Shown in pieces: positions 38,900 through 51,769 of a DNA stretch of 64,000 nucleotides. Location: assembly GCA_965645245.1 (NCBI GenBank), contig OZ287069.1:558001-622000 (forward strand), written 5' to 3'. The number at the start of each line of letters is the position of its first letter. Position 1 is the stretch's first letter. This DNA is from Massalongia carnosa. Taxonomy: Eukaryota. The notes under the pieces were generated by a model. It saw only the letters and a program-made list of their open reading frames with translations. It was not told the origin of the DNA and did no database searches. The position numbers and the translations under genes are program-made.

Positions 38900-40006
38900 G
38901 ATCGACCTCACATGCGTCGGAAATTTTGAAGCAGTCATTGTCTGATAACTCGAGCTAGACTGCTATCAGTACTGTTAGCAGATATTCCGCTGAATATGCA
39001 GCAAAAACTCCTTTCACAGTGATAACTTCGACATCAAAAGGAATATTTTCCGTGAGCCGTTTGACAAAGTTTTCCGAATCGGGCACTTTGGCCACGCTGG
39101 CGAATGCCACAAAAATAAAGACTTTTCCGTTGCTTGATGATTGTGTATTATAGATTTGAGAGGCTCGACTGAACTTAAAGGCTTTGATTGTGATTGAAGA
39201 CTGGACAGCAGCAGCATCGTGCCAAGAAGTAACCTCGAGATTTGTCGATAATGCTTTATCGACCATGCGAGCGCACATGCAGCTAACATTGACAGCAGCT
39301 CCTTTTGCGTCTCTCAATATGTTTATCATATGTTGAGTAAAGCTTCTTTGAAGCTCAAACGATGCAATAGTCTCAAATCTAGACGTAGCAAGGACTTTCA
39401 AATCATCCCTAACATCAATTTCTGTCGATGCAGCATTGCAACAATCTAAAAGAAAAGGCTTATGTCCAGGTGCATTCACGAGACTTGATTGATAAGCCCA
39501 TCAATCAATAAAAAATTGACCTTGATCCCTGGTGTATAGTCTTTAGCCTTTGAATTATCAGAAAGAAAGAATTCTCATTCAAAGAAATTAAATTGAGTTC
39601 CCAAAAGCGCTTGGTCGCCCTACCACGTCTGCTATAATAGACGATGAGAAGATTATCATCGCCTCTGCTTCTAGCAACCCAAGCTTGATATCCGCAGAAT
39701 GTGTTTTACTTGATTAAGAGAGTAGAAAGCGCCATCTAGCGTCATGATTGAAATCTCGTATACATCAGTGGAGAAGTTATAAATACCTAAGACATCGTTT
39801 AATAGCTCCGAGGTTAGAGACTTCATCTCGATATTATCGTTGGACCAATGTATGTCTAAGTTAGAAACCTTTGCATATCGATTGATTTTATCTAGACAAC
39901 ACGCTTGCATGGTTGTCTGGATCTTGTCACAGTTTTCTGTGAACGCCTTTGCCAATGAGTCATTAATCCAGGTGCAAGTGGGGTAAATTCTGCTCGTGTC
40001 CGTCAT
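38900..40006 (-). pseudogene. Caspase-like (peptidase C14 clan) fungal protein pseudogene
   Basis: Fragments in order: RYAKVSNLDIHWSNDN, DNLLIVYYSRRG (family motif YYxGHG), FLLDCCNAA, RSFTQHMINIL, VKGVFAAYS. Frameshifts and stops separate them. Family assignment is from recalled motifs. Confidence 0.65.
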
Positions 40007-40630
40007 TAAGACGACAACGAAAAGCCAACGAGTAGAAGGGATATGCAGGATTAAGTTGGTAGAAGTACAGTGAGAAGTGTTGAAAATAGAGAAAGGTCGG
40101 TAAGATTTACAGATATATATGTTTTTATATAGAACGAAAGGAAAGAACGATGCCTAACAAAGGCGAGATTTTATGATCAGGAAAGAGCAGTGCACTGAAA
40201 TATCATTCAAGCTTGGGTTGTAAGTTGAGCGTGAATGGACACCTAGTTCACTTCACAGTTTGTCATTAGGATTATTTTGCATGTGTGAGTAATTTACTCA
40301 TTCTGTTTTAAAGATTGCATGTAGAATGATGGACTGGCTAGGGAACGTATGTGCGAGGAGTTCCTTTGGTTACTATTCGCACCTGTGTTCCATAGCTATT
40401 AGTGTTTAAAAAGGGAAAATCTTGCACAACACAAGTACTCGTACTCTAGGAAGTCTATTTTGCTTCCTATTCAGGTCTAATGCACCCTTGAGTTGGCTTA
40501 ACTAACCCGAACAGGAAGTGCCTGGGCCAAAGAACTCCCCGCTGCCTCACAAAACCTCCCTCTCTACAATCCCTTTCCGGATCAAATCAATCTCCCCAGT
40601 CCCCCCTCCCCCCAAAAATAATAATCGAAA

Positions 40631-41437
40631 ATGCCAACCTCTGAATACGCTCCCCCGACTAGCGGTGCCCTGAAACTCAAAGGCTCTAAAATCTCCAAAT
40701 CGCACAAGAAAAAACGCCCGAAGCCGGCGCAGCCTGCGGAGTCAGCGCTTGCTGTCACTTCAACGTTAGAGACTGGAAAAGAAGAGGAAGGGGAATGGCA
40801 GAAGAAAGATTCTGGGGAAGAGGCAGAGGGGAAGGATGATGGAGAACGAGGTGAGAGGGGCGGGGAGGATGGCGTGAGAGTCGGAGGGAAGACAGATGCG
40901 GAGAGGAGATATGAGGAGCGAAGGAGAAGGAGGGTATGTATAGCTTTTTATTTTGGTGCTGGGTGATGAAAGGTTCAATGTATGATTTCAAATCATCGAT
41001 TTCGCTGCCAATATCATTGGTGTTTCTTTTTTAAAACCCCTCCTTTTCCACTCTCAAGTTCATCAGCTGTCGTTGAGAACTCCCATTGGCCAAAAACTAA
41101 CAACGACCCCAATCCACAGCTAGATGAGCGCTTAAGGCGCGAAGGCACCAAAACCCACAAGGAGCGCGTAGAGGAGCTGAATCGGTATCTGAGCAATTTG
41201 AGCGAACATCATGATATGTACGTCCTCTCTCTTTCATTCTCCTTTCCTTCTCTCCTTCGCTATTTCGCTTTTTTATTGTTCTCTTCCCCTCGCCTCGAGC
41301 AAGTAAGTTTGGAAGCCACCACATCTGGCATATTGGGGAGGCAAGAATTGGTTTTGGCCTGAAGATCAAAACAGAGAAAGAGAGATTTTTCCAATGCTAA
41401 TACTTGAACAAATAGGCCGAGAATCGGACCTGGATAA
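40631..41437 (+). CDS. FAM32A/DUF1754-family small nuclear protein
   Basis: Exons 40631-40933, 41120-41217, 41416-41437. GALKLKG N-terminus, KTDAERRYEE, and KTHKERVEELNRYLSNLSEHHDMPRIGPG C-terminus typical of FAM32A. Confidence 0.92.
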
Positions 41438-42207
41438 AGATAATTACGGAGGTAGGAGTATGGTCAGGGTTTTGGTCTGAAGCTCTATGGGAACTTTAGG
41501 GGAGTTATGAGTGCTGGAGTTTGGCTATGGAACTGTGTCTATCAATCAATCATCAACAACAACCACCCCTCCTCCTCTTTATTCCCACAAACCGGACATT
41601 CCATCTCGCACCTGCCATGATTCACTCCCATCGAAGACCAGTTAGGCGCCCCAGCTCCAGCTCCAGCTCCAGCTTCCAGCACCATGTTTCCCAAATTTCC
41701 GCTGTTTCGAGAAATTTGTGAAGTCCATCTCTCCGTTTCCCCCCGAACTGCAGAACCATCGATTAGCGCGAAATCAAACCCCCCCCCCCCCCAAAAAAGC
41801 AAAGCATTCCCCAGGATCCATAACCAGGAGTGAAGCTGCACATTTCACTTCGGGAGAGTCATGATCAACTCATGTCTCCTACTCACGAGCATACCACCCC
41901 CCCCCCCCTGCCCCGCCAATCCGATCCGATCTATCTAATTCCCCTTTTCATCTCCCCTCCCCCCCCCTTGGGGGGGGGGGGGGGTGGTAAATACACTAGA
42001 AAACGAAACGCAATGCGATTCGTTCCGAAGTGTCCCGCCCAAAACCCCTCCATTACATATCCACTTTCAGTTATAACAGCAGCAGCAGCAACTTCGGATG
42101 GATGGTCGGTTAGGTAGAGGGGGGGAAGAGAGTGATTGGGAGGGTTTGGGGGATGGGTGGGTTTGTGGACGGGAATGGATAGGTGTTGGGAAATGGGATA
42201 GGAGGAA

Positions 42208-42210
<3 letters not shown>

Positions 42211-42245
<35 letters not shown>
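42211..42245. repeat. (AG)17 microsatellite
   Basis: Uninterrupted AG dinucleotide run. Confidence 0.97.
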
Positions 42246-42248
<3 letters not shown>

Positions 42249-42859
42249 GAGGAAATGGGATGGCTGATTACCCTCTTCTCTATCTCCTTCCCTCATCATG
42301 GCTACTAAATTTTCCTACGTTATAACGAGATATCCCCCCCCAACCCAAAATCCATCAACTAATCAACCCACTCAGGGGAGAGTGAAAAAAAATGAAGAAA
42401 GAAAAAAAAAGTGGGGGGGGACGAACTCGGAAAGGATCAAATCAGCAAGGATGGCAAAAGTAAATCAGCCAGCAAAAAGTAGCATTCTCTGTTATGTAAA
42501 TAGTTTGAATGTATCTATTGGTTCTTCCGTTTTGCAATCCCATCTTCCCCCCCTTTCTTCCTTAAAAGGAGTCGCCATTTAAAATAAGCCCCACCCACCA
42601 CGGCAGGAAAAGGTCGCCGCTCCCATCCCCGTGTAAAACAAATCCTACCGCCGTTCGACGACGTGACGCTGCGTAAAACCGGTTCTCGTGGGCGATGTCC
42701 AGCATCAACTTCCCTCCTCAAAAGCATATTTCATGAAATTAAACCTCGCGGAGTCTCCGTCGTCACGTATATCGTCGTCCGGAAAGAAAAGAAATCCAAA
42801 GCTCCATGCTAGAGCCAGATATCACCATCATCGCTCGTCTCAAAAACAAAATAACACAA

Positions 42860-44849
42860 TCAAAAAGCCACCCCTTCCTCCTCGGCCGCCAAGCGCTCCC
42901 GCTCGACTTCCCCCCGCTCCACGGGCGTCACGTAGACCTCGTGGAAACTGGCGTCGTCCGTGTCCGTCTCGTCGGCCAGATACGCGCTCGGGCGTCGCCG
43001 ACGAAGCCGGCCCCGTACGGCGTCGGTGTTTTGTTCCATTTCATCGGAGGAGGAACCTCCGCGCCCAGGGCCATCACGGCTGCCGTACGTCCGTGACGGG
43101 ACGTTCGGGTGAGAAGCCTGAGCGCTCATGAGAAGATGCAGTTGGTGCTGCAGGGCGGAGACTTTGTCTTCGAGACGGAGGCGGGCAGACTGTTCGCGCC
43201 TTAGTAGCGAGATCAGCGTGGTGTGGTGCTCCGTGGTGAGGCCCGTGGTGCTGGAGCGAGAAGTGCGATCCCGAGGGACGGCTTTCATGGTGTTGGTGAC
43301 GCTGGCCGGGCGGTTGGCGCTGGGGTGGCGCTGGTGGATGGGAGTGGCTGGAGGTAGGACGGGAAAAAATGCTGGGGGGGGTTGAGTTCCGTACGGGGAA
43401 TAAGGGGCGTATGATTCATCGCTGGGGCATTTGAAGTGGTAGGATGAAGGCTGGGAAAGGGGTGCATGGCGGTCGAATTCTTCCGAGGGTCGGTGTTGGT
43501 GTGTGTAGAAATGATGAGGGGGTTGTAGCCCCGGGGATGCCAACCCAGCTTGCAACTTCGAGATGGCGTATTCAAAATCCATGAGCTTAATCTCCAGGGT
43601 GACCATTCGCTCTTCCATCCCAACCTTTTCCTGATGATCCATCGTGCCGGCCGGCAAGCCAAAGTTGAAATCCCCATTATTTTCGTTCGTTGTCGTCTCG
43701 CGCGCATCAAGATCGTCCCTGGCTTCGCCGCCGCCTTGTGATAAGACGGGCGATGTTTGCAGCAATTCCGACCCGATGCGTGCTGCGCTGCCGAGAACAG
43801 GAGAGCTCCCATCCGCGCTCTCCCTCCAGTACCGAATTTCATCGCTTCTCCGCCTCCATTGTCTCCATTGTATCGGTGACATGCGGTGCTCCTTTCCGGC
43901 ATCATAGAAGGTACCTGCACTCCTTGACCTTCGCTTGGGATTGCTCCCGCTGGTCACGGCGAATCCGATGTTGGCTGCATCCGTGGCATTATCCCGCACC
44001 TCGTGGAGCCCGAGCCCGGCCAGCACATAATTGGGTGCGGCCTGCTCTTGTGCGGTGGATATGATGCTCGGCAAGCTGGCTCGACGGGGCCTCGTTGGAC
44101 TATCTGGAGGAGAACGGGTCGGTCTTGACGGTACCTTGGGAGCTGTATCGATGGGGTCGGTCGGAACTTGGAGGCTAAACGGTGCATGGGAGCCCAAAGC
44201 ACTGGAGCGGGAGACTTTTCGCGTTGGGGCGGAGGCGGAGGCGGAGCGCGGAACTTTGAGGTCGGTGGCAGAAGTAATGAAAGTGTTTGGATCCTAGACA
44301 GGTGTTAGCCCGTGCAAAAGGGGGAGCTGCCGCAAGACGCACGTTATGATACGCCGATGGCGTGGGCATACTAATCCGATTCTTTACTGATCTTTTGCCA
44401 AACATCCGACGAATGATGGTTCCAAAGCTACGGTTCTTTCGCTTCTTCGGGGACGCCAGCATAAAAGGTTGGGCTGCCATGGAGTCACGATAGTCTCCAT
44501 TTCGCAACGGCGTCAGGTCCTTTGACCACGTATCACGATCTTGCAGGTTGATCGTGGGCGGCTTGTGCTTGAGGCGTCGAGGACCTGGCTCCGCCAGCTT
44601 TTCGGTGTAGGACTGCCCTATCGTGCTGCCGGGGCTGGCATCGCGCGAGTGGCCACTTCTTGGCTGGTTGAGCGGTAGGCCGGTGATGGACGAGGTTTCG
44701 TAGCCTTGAGATTCTTTACTGCGATCGCGCCGGGGAACTTCATACACCGTCGAAAATTGCTCGCCATCCGTCGAGCTCGCCGGGCTGTTCGTGTCTACTG
44801 CTGCGGAGGCCCTGGGCTGAGTGTTATTGACACTCCATGTGGCCGGCAT
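42860..44849 (-). CDS. Conserved hypothetical fungal protein (disordered, with coiled-coil segments)
   Basis: Exons 44849-44343 and 44293-42860 joined by a 49-nt GTGCGT...GCTAAC...TAG intron. Blocks KRRSRSAG, RRRSDEIRYWRES, EERMVTLEIKLMDFEYAISKLQ and LLRREQSARLRLEDKV. The start codon is uncertain. Confidence 0.8.
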
Positions 44850-45410
44850 CTTGTCGACACGTCTCCCACAAGGTCACAAGGAAAGAATAGGTTTCAGGTA
44901 AGCGACATGAAGTCTCCGGGCTCAAGGCGCATCTCCACGCAAGGGAAATCCAGGCGAGTTCCAGTTCCGATACGCGAGTTTCTGTTGAAAGGAATGTGGG
45001 TTGGCTGCCCATGCGGCGGTTGGGGTCTGAAAGAGCGATGGGAGTACAGAGTACCTGAGGACCAGCCCAACAACATGCAAAGTAAGACACGTTCGTTCAA
45101 GCCTCTCGATGCACCATGATTATAACACGGCCATTCGGATGGCTGGCGGGGGTCTCATCTTATGCACCATATCTGTACTCTGTACGGAGTCGGCAATCTG
45201 CGACGCAAGCAGAGAAATGTGAAAAGGGGATTTGGGGGGAAAGGTTCCTCTAACTTCATTTGCTCGCTAGACGGGTGGATGAAGATCATTGACGCAAGAG
45301 TGAATGAGAACACGCGCGAGAGAGGGATACCACCAAACGGTTGCCTTGAGTTCTCACTCTCGCAACAGGTTCGGATCGTGAGTCCCTCCATCCACTCCGA
45401 TGGGTTTCTC

Positions 45411-45491
45411 ATGATTGTCATGATTGTCATGATTGTCGTGACTGTCATGATTGTCATGATTGTCGTGATTGTCATGATTGTCAGGATTGTC
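45411..45491. repeat. 9-bp minisatellite (ATGATTGTC) x9
   Basis: Nine tandem units, six perfect, with variants GTGACTGTC, GTGATTGTC and AGGATTGTC. Confidence 0.95.
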
Positions 45492-47899
45492 ATGCCCATC
45501 ACGCTCATCACCGTTTGCCCCTAAAAATAGATATTGCTCAATTCATGCATTTCATCCTAGATAGTCCAGAGTAGTGGTGAAGATCACTGGCATCAACTTC
45601 CACTTCAGCCAATCAAAGGGCATCTACTGCATGTCTTCCCCCCATCGCTTCACGCACGTTCCGCACCCCAAACATTTCACTCGCATGTCCAACGAAACGA
45701 CCGGTCACGTCGATCTCTACCCCGTCGTGTCCCAATGCGTCGTTCTTCTCAACCGAAAAGAGGGCTGAGGGTGCTCCCTACATCGTCCATATTGAATCAG
45801 GGTCGCGGGTTGTAATATAGTGGCGCTGCGTAACCCCCCGAATGGAAAGCAACCAAGGACTCATCGGTGGCGGTGCAGTCGACGTCGGTGTCGGACCATG
45901 CACTCCTGATGATGATCGTTCGTTTCCATCCGTTGATTGGCTTACATGCTTGATGAACTACTTCATAAACTCCCATAGAGTTGTTCAGCTGTGAGAACTC
46001 GAGGGGGTGGGAAATAGAAGATACAAGTTGTTCAATTCCTGATCCTGTGCTCTGTCCTTAGCCCGCATGACGGATTGAAGTGAGGAGGTCTGTATCTGCC
46101 GGCAATTAGACGAGGTGCAAAGCTGCAGAGACTACCGAGGCGTCTGTTTGGTGATGATTACATTTGTATGCAACAAGCCAGTATCAGTTGACGCTGCTGC
46201 TTAATGCTACACGCTCCCTGCGTGGTCTCCACTCGCCGCTCACCCTCCGCCTCATGAGTGCAGAACACAACGCTCTTTCCGGAGAACAAGTTGTTCCTCA
46301 CAGTCTCTGTACAGAGCATTCTACTTGGTAATACCGGTACAGAGTACAGAGTATTAGCAGCGCTCAGGACTCTGTACCCTTCCCTGCATTCCCTACAGAG
46401 TACTCTGTACATAACTCCACGCTGCAGGGAGTACAAATTCGATCTACCTCACTGAAGCCGCCCCCGCCATGACGCTCGGATCGCTCTGGAAACCCCGACT
46501 TGGCATGTTGGACCAATCAATATCCTAGCTTGCGGCCGCGGTTTTCCTACGAGGTCCAAATGGGCTTAAGCACGACATCCCGATGGATTTCGCAAGTTTC
46601 AGCGGCGGGGGCTCGGAACCGAGACCTGTCAACTCGTCTCCCGGGAAGCTGGAGGGGTACGTCGCATGATCGGGTTGGTTGGCGGAACTTTCTCCATCTG
46701 AGGATGGGTTGGAAGGGTATTGGACCAAAAGGCGCGTGAAACTGGGTGCGTTGGGAGCATCATTTGGTTTCGAGGGATGATTGGCTGTGAGAGATGAGAA
46801 GGAACGAACGGTCTAGTTCGACCACGACTCGGTTATCGCATACGTTTCAGCCCCCCAAGTCTTGTTGACGACCTGCAGGATGGAAATGGTCATACGACTG
46901 CCTATTTTCTGACGCGATGGTATCTGGAGGAGCTTGATTTTTAAAATGGTGAGGCTGACGCAGTACGGAGGAATGAAGCCGACCCGGCTCCTTGGGGTCA
47001 TCCGCGAAGAGGCCCGTGGGAGTGGGCTCCACGCTGTACGCTGTACTCTTTTACTAGGTAGCTTCTCTACTCTACAAAGTTCTAGGAGCCCGGCCGCCTC
47101 TTACGAAAATGTAATAAATTGCTGTACATCTTCCAACCAGCAAGCAAGATCATTAGGAGCCTACCCACTGTACCAACAAGGTCTTCTGCAAATGTCAACG
47201 GTCTCTTCCTCGGCCGAAGTGGTTGTTCAGTGTAGATCGCTGAGCTGAGCTGCATGCCAAGGGTGACTAGATGCCACGTGGACAAGCATTGCCGGTGGCT
47301 TTAGTGCTTATCTCACGCTCCCGATGCGCCAGATTTGCTGATATGATTGGAGTATCTCACCAGCACAGGATGAGTGAAGAAGGTCGCAGGAATGGCCCGT
47401 AGGATCATAACAAGAATAGGGGCTGCCATGCGAGAAGGCCGAAATTAATTGACCTTTCTGAAGGTCGGTGAAGCCTTACATGGATGGATCGGTAAGTAGT
47501 ACTCGTACAAGGTAACACGTTACAGATCAGCCATCAGCACGAAAAGACTATCCCTATGATCATCAGCAAAATGTCTAGTGCTGATCGATAATCAGATGAT
47601 GATCTTGGTTGATATTCATTCAAAGAATTTTCATAGCAGTTTGGCGCTGTAAATCTTCTTTCCTGCTGTCAAGCTCATGTACAAACGTGAAGTCCCAAAG
47701 AAGTGCTACTTACTTCTGCGCTATAGAGAACGTTGAGCCCAAGGATAAAACAACAAGATCCGGTTAGGAGAACACTTCAGGGCCAACGGTACATTCTTGA
47801 TGATATCTTGGATTTACAGAGCCGTGCTGTGCCGAGCTTAGTTCGTCATGCCTGTGTCCTAGCTTACGAGGTAATACCGAATCGCTTGGTGTTCGCTGT

Positions 47900-49404
47900 T
47901 TGCTGACGGTGACCTGGAAATCCATTGCTTCCTGGTGGATTAAGTTATTTTCTTCCCGCGGAGGCATTCATTTAAGCCAAAGTTCTTCGAGCATTATCAA
48001 AAACGACTTAGTCGTCAAAATCTGGGACGAGTGTTCCGGACTTTATGCCTACTGGAGTTTTGTCCTTGATCCTTCTAGGCATACTTCGCCGGCCATGATT
48101 GGCCCTAGACTTTATAAAATCCGTTTCATTTTCTATTTCCCAGCACCGCTCAATGAGCACCTCACCTGGGTCACTAATCACATTTTATTTCCGAAAGCTT
48201 AACTTCCATCCAGCGAGATTCTCAATACGCCTCTGCTGGGTTAGAGTGCCATAGTTATACTTCCACCGTCTCAATTCCAACGCCATCGTTCCGAAGACGC
48301 TTGATTCCAGCCACCATCATAGAAATGTCGGTTTGGTGGTCTGACGGGCAAGCGTTCAGGGTCCTGAGTGGATCGCGGTATTTGCAAGAGGAGTGGCAGC
48401 TACATGGGGCAAACCCGTAACTGTCCATTGCGCTAAAAACAGTGAGATTACGCAAGGCACGAAATTTAGCCAAGGCCTCGAAGAAGTCTTCTTTCTAAAG
48501 ACAGTGAGCGAATTGGATGAGGGTATAGACCGTAGTAGTGTTGAATTTTACCAATGACCTGTTAAATGCATGAAACGCAAAAAGACCTGACTTTAGGGGA
48601 TGCGACACTTAACTTCTGGATATCCGAAATTGGCAGCTGGCACTGGTATCGCCGAACGTCATGAACTTAAAGCGACCAGAGCGTGTTCTCATGGCTAGCA
48701 ATGGCGTCGAGAGGCAAACAGTTGTGAAACCCGATTAAAGCTAATTCTTCCAGACGGGCAAGGCTGGATATAAAGCCCTCAGATTCTTGCCTCGGCAACA
48801 TCCTTCTCTGGGCCTCCACGCCAAAAGCGGTGCATATTGATCTCCAAATAGCGAAGACTGGGGAGTCGATACTGTAGCTGGCGGAAAATACTCCGATCGA
48901 AAAGCGACAGCATTTGCAATCGCTGAAGATGCGAGAGATCCATCACTCTAAGCCGTTTGAATAGCTCAAGATGAGGATTGCAGGCTTCGCCATTTACGTG
49001 AACCGAGCTTTAATTCCCAAGCCCATCCAACGAGAATTCTTCGAGGGCTACCACCCGATCCGTATCCTGAAAGTCAAGAGCGACAGCGGTGAAACTGCAT
49101 CGCGTCTTCAAAATCCTGAAATAGCCAAACGAAAGCCGGCAACCCCTTCATATGGAGAATTCTGATGTTTGGACATGTAGTGAGGATTTGATGCACGTGA
49201 ACAAGCACTTGAAAATTGTACTCTTTTTCGAGCAAAACCGGCGCTTTGAGGGAATAAAAGACATGAGAGATTATTAAGATGACATGTCTGATCAGGGCTG
49301 GAATTTGGAATCGTCTGGTACCTGCGCATCTTCATATCTTTTTGAACCGAAGGGTCTTCCTGAGTGCTGGGGAAAGTCAACGGCACAAGAGGACATGACT
49401 CCAA
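47900..49404 (-). pseudogene. Possible decayed F-box/LRR gene
   Basis: Fragments HLNNLSCLLFPQ (F-box-like), FPDIQKLSV and EDFFEALAKFRALRNLTV (LRR-like) in shifting frames with many stops. Boundaries are approximate. Confidence 0.3.
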
Positions 49405-50827
49405 GGGAACATAATGCTCGATACAAAGCCGTGACGTAGGCTAACGGGTGTTCAGAGCCCACACCAAGCTCTTAGGAATGGGCTAGGTCAAATCTCAACT
49501 ATAAGATCAGCCTTTTCCAATGAAACCCTTTGACAGCCTAGCAGACATACATAAACTATTGCACATGACGTATGTTTTCCAACAGTCGCAATGAAAGTTT
49601 CAAAACTTCGCCCTCCCTAAACCTTCCTACCCGAACCTCCCGAACGTTGGCCCTCACCGCAGCGCCTTGTAGGCTTCACAGATATCGCAAAAAGCGAATC
49701 ACGGGCTTTCGTTATCCATAAATCTACACAGAACGAAAACCTAAAACGGTAAACTAGCTTGGCAAAGCTGGCGGCAGGCTAGAGACGCGCTCCGACGAGA
49801 GCTCGGAGATGCTTCATACACCTTTACGAGACTTAAGGGACGACACATGAGTTAAGATTTTAAACCGATAGTGCGGCCCGCCTCATCCCAAACCATGTAT
49901 AGGATGTCATCGTTGAGATTTAGAGCGCTGGGGATTGTGGACGGCGAGCGTGGGAGGAGCATGCTAAGGTATGTATTTAATTACCTACGGAAATAGGCAG
50001 GCAACGTGCTCGGAAATGCTGTTAGGAATGACCAACAACTAGTTGTGCATGGTGGAGATTTACTATCGATTTGGGACCGACGAGCCTGATGAGTTGATAA
50101 TTCACCTCTATCAAGCCTTTCGTTACGGGAAAAGTACTTCCGGCTTCAAGTTATTACATGTGCCTTTCTCGTGATACTTTACGAGTACCGTAATTCTGAA
50201 CAGCTGCACCCTCTTATGTTCTCTTCTAGATCCAGCTTTGGCGATTCGTGAAAGAAGTTCTCCTCTTTCCTGACTATTGAGAGTTCTGGGGGCGGGAAGT
50301 GCGTTACTACATCACTGGGCCAGTTCCCGGAGCCCGAAAGGACAAGTAATAGTTGGACTGCCGCACTCTCTGGGTATGTAGCTAGTGCTCCTGATCCTGG
50401 ACATCCAGCTACCGGCAGGCATTTTTTTGCTGGAAATATCTGTGGACTCGAGTCTGTTGGCTCTCACTATGTATATATCATCAACACACTAAGGGGGAAA
50501 ATACGGGATGTCGCCATTTCTCCCGATTCGAACACTCGGCAAGCTTATTCGTACTCTGCTTATCCTTACTCTTCGATATCAGCTTCTGATTATTTTATCG
50601 GCTTCGTACTAGTATTGGAAAACTGCACGTTGAATGCATTAGCCTTCATCTCATTTCGTTATTTCATTAACTGCCATACAGCTTCTGAGACAAGCGAGCT
50701 TTCTATTCCATGTTTTCTCGTTGACCTCCACAACCTTTTCCAAATCAGCAACGAACCGCATAAGTTCGTCCCTCGTCATGGCTGTTCCCTTCATCTACCA
50801 AAGCGCTCGTCCTCATAGACCTATTCT

Positions 50828-51769
50828 CTAAATGCGAATCTCGCGAATAGCCGTCAACAATCCCTTAAGAGACAACAGACTGGCCCAGCTGGTATCCTGC
50901 TCTAGCTGGGCAGCAATCGCTCTTCGGGTTTTCAAATCCTTCTTCATCGTTTTCGTTATCCATTCTCGCAGTTCCTTGGTTGAAGGTGTATCTTGGCTGT
51001 GACTATAGCTGCAGAAGTCTACTTGTTCGAACCCTCTGTCAGCAACAGCTTCAACAGCAAGCAGATGGCGAACCCACTCCGCTCGCTGTGAGTTCTTCCA
51101 ACCGATGCCTCGAGCTACCTCAATGCTGTATTTCAGATTCGCTCGCCATGTATCAGGATCCCATAGTTTTTCTTCTTTGTTCAAAGGCAGGTCGAAATGG
51201 AGGTCGCGCAAGGACTTCATGGAACTTATTATAGCGCAGAGCTGGCGAAAGGCGGCGTAATCAATCGGTGTGTGGCGGCGGTATTTGAGCGTCAAACGCC
51301 ACACCCTGTTTCTAGTTGAAGGATACATCCTGGCCAAGACTTGCACAGTGTGATTGACATCACGATGCTCGCAGTGGATAAGCCCCTGGTGGAATAAACT
51401 GCGCATAGCGAAACATCGAAAGATCCTCGATGTATGGGATAGAACAGGCATATTGTAACAATAAAGCCCCCGCCTTCCGTCGCTGTCGACGTAATATGTG
51501 AAGCGGTTAACTAAGTTATACCCAACAATATTTTGTTGGCAGAGGTCGACGATTTCCAGGATGATTTCTGTTGGAAGCCGTCCAAAATAGGGGCCCAGGT
51601 TGACCCGCAGTGGGTCTTGCTCGATGACTTCCCATTTCTCCCGACTCTTGTGAAATGGTATCGTAGCGGCTTTCGCTTGCTCTGATAAGCATAACAGCGT
51701 GTCTGCCACTTGCTGCTGCATGGGCATGATGATGTGGCGACTCGGTCTGAGTTTGGCAAGCTCCAGCAT
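50828..51769 (-). CDS. F-box domain protein
   Basis: 313-aa ORF with F-box-like FGRLPTEIILEIVDLC...LSHTSRIFR and LRR-like segments VWRLTL and MKSLRDLHFDL. A probable 5'-UTR intron (GTAAAC...GCTAAC...CAG) lies just upstream. Confidence 0.7.
   Translation of the reverse strand: MLELAKLRPSRHIIMPMQQQVADTLLCLSEQAKAATIPFHKSREKWEVIEQDPLRVNLGPYFGRLPTEIILEIVDLCQQNIVGYNLVNRFTYYVDSDGRRGLYCYNMPVLSHTSRIFRCFAMRSLFHQGLIHCEHRDVNHTVQVLARMYPSTRNRVWRLTLKYRRHTPIDYAAFRQLCAIISSMKSLRDLHFDLPLNKEEKLWDPDTWRANLKYSIEVARGIGWKNSQRAEWVRHLLAVEAVADRGFEQVDFCSYSHSQDTPSTKELREWITKTMKKDLKTRRAIAAQLEQDTSWASLLSLKGLLTAIREIRI

Noticed and set aside
40934..41415. Long FAM32A introns (186 and 198 nt) as possible box C/D snoRNA hosts
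   Set aside because: Intron 1 has a C-box-like GTGATGA but no downstream CTGA, and intron 2 has CTGA but no C box.
45155..45524. ORFs with MIV/MTI repeats on both strands
   Set aside because: They are open only because the 9-bp minisatellite lacks stops; there is no other coding signal.
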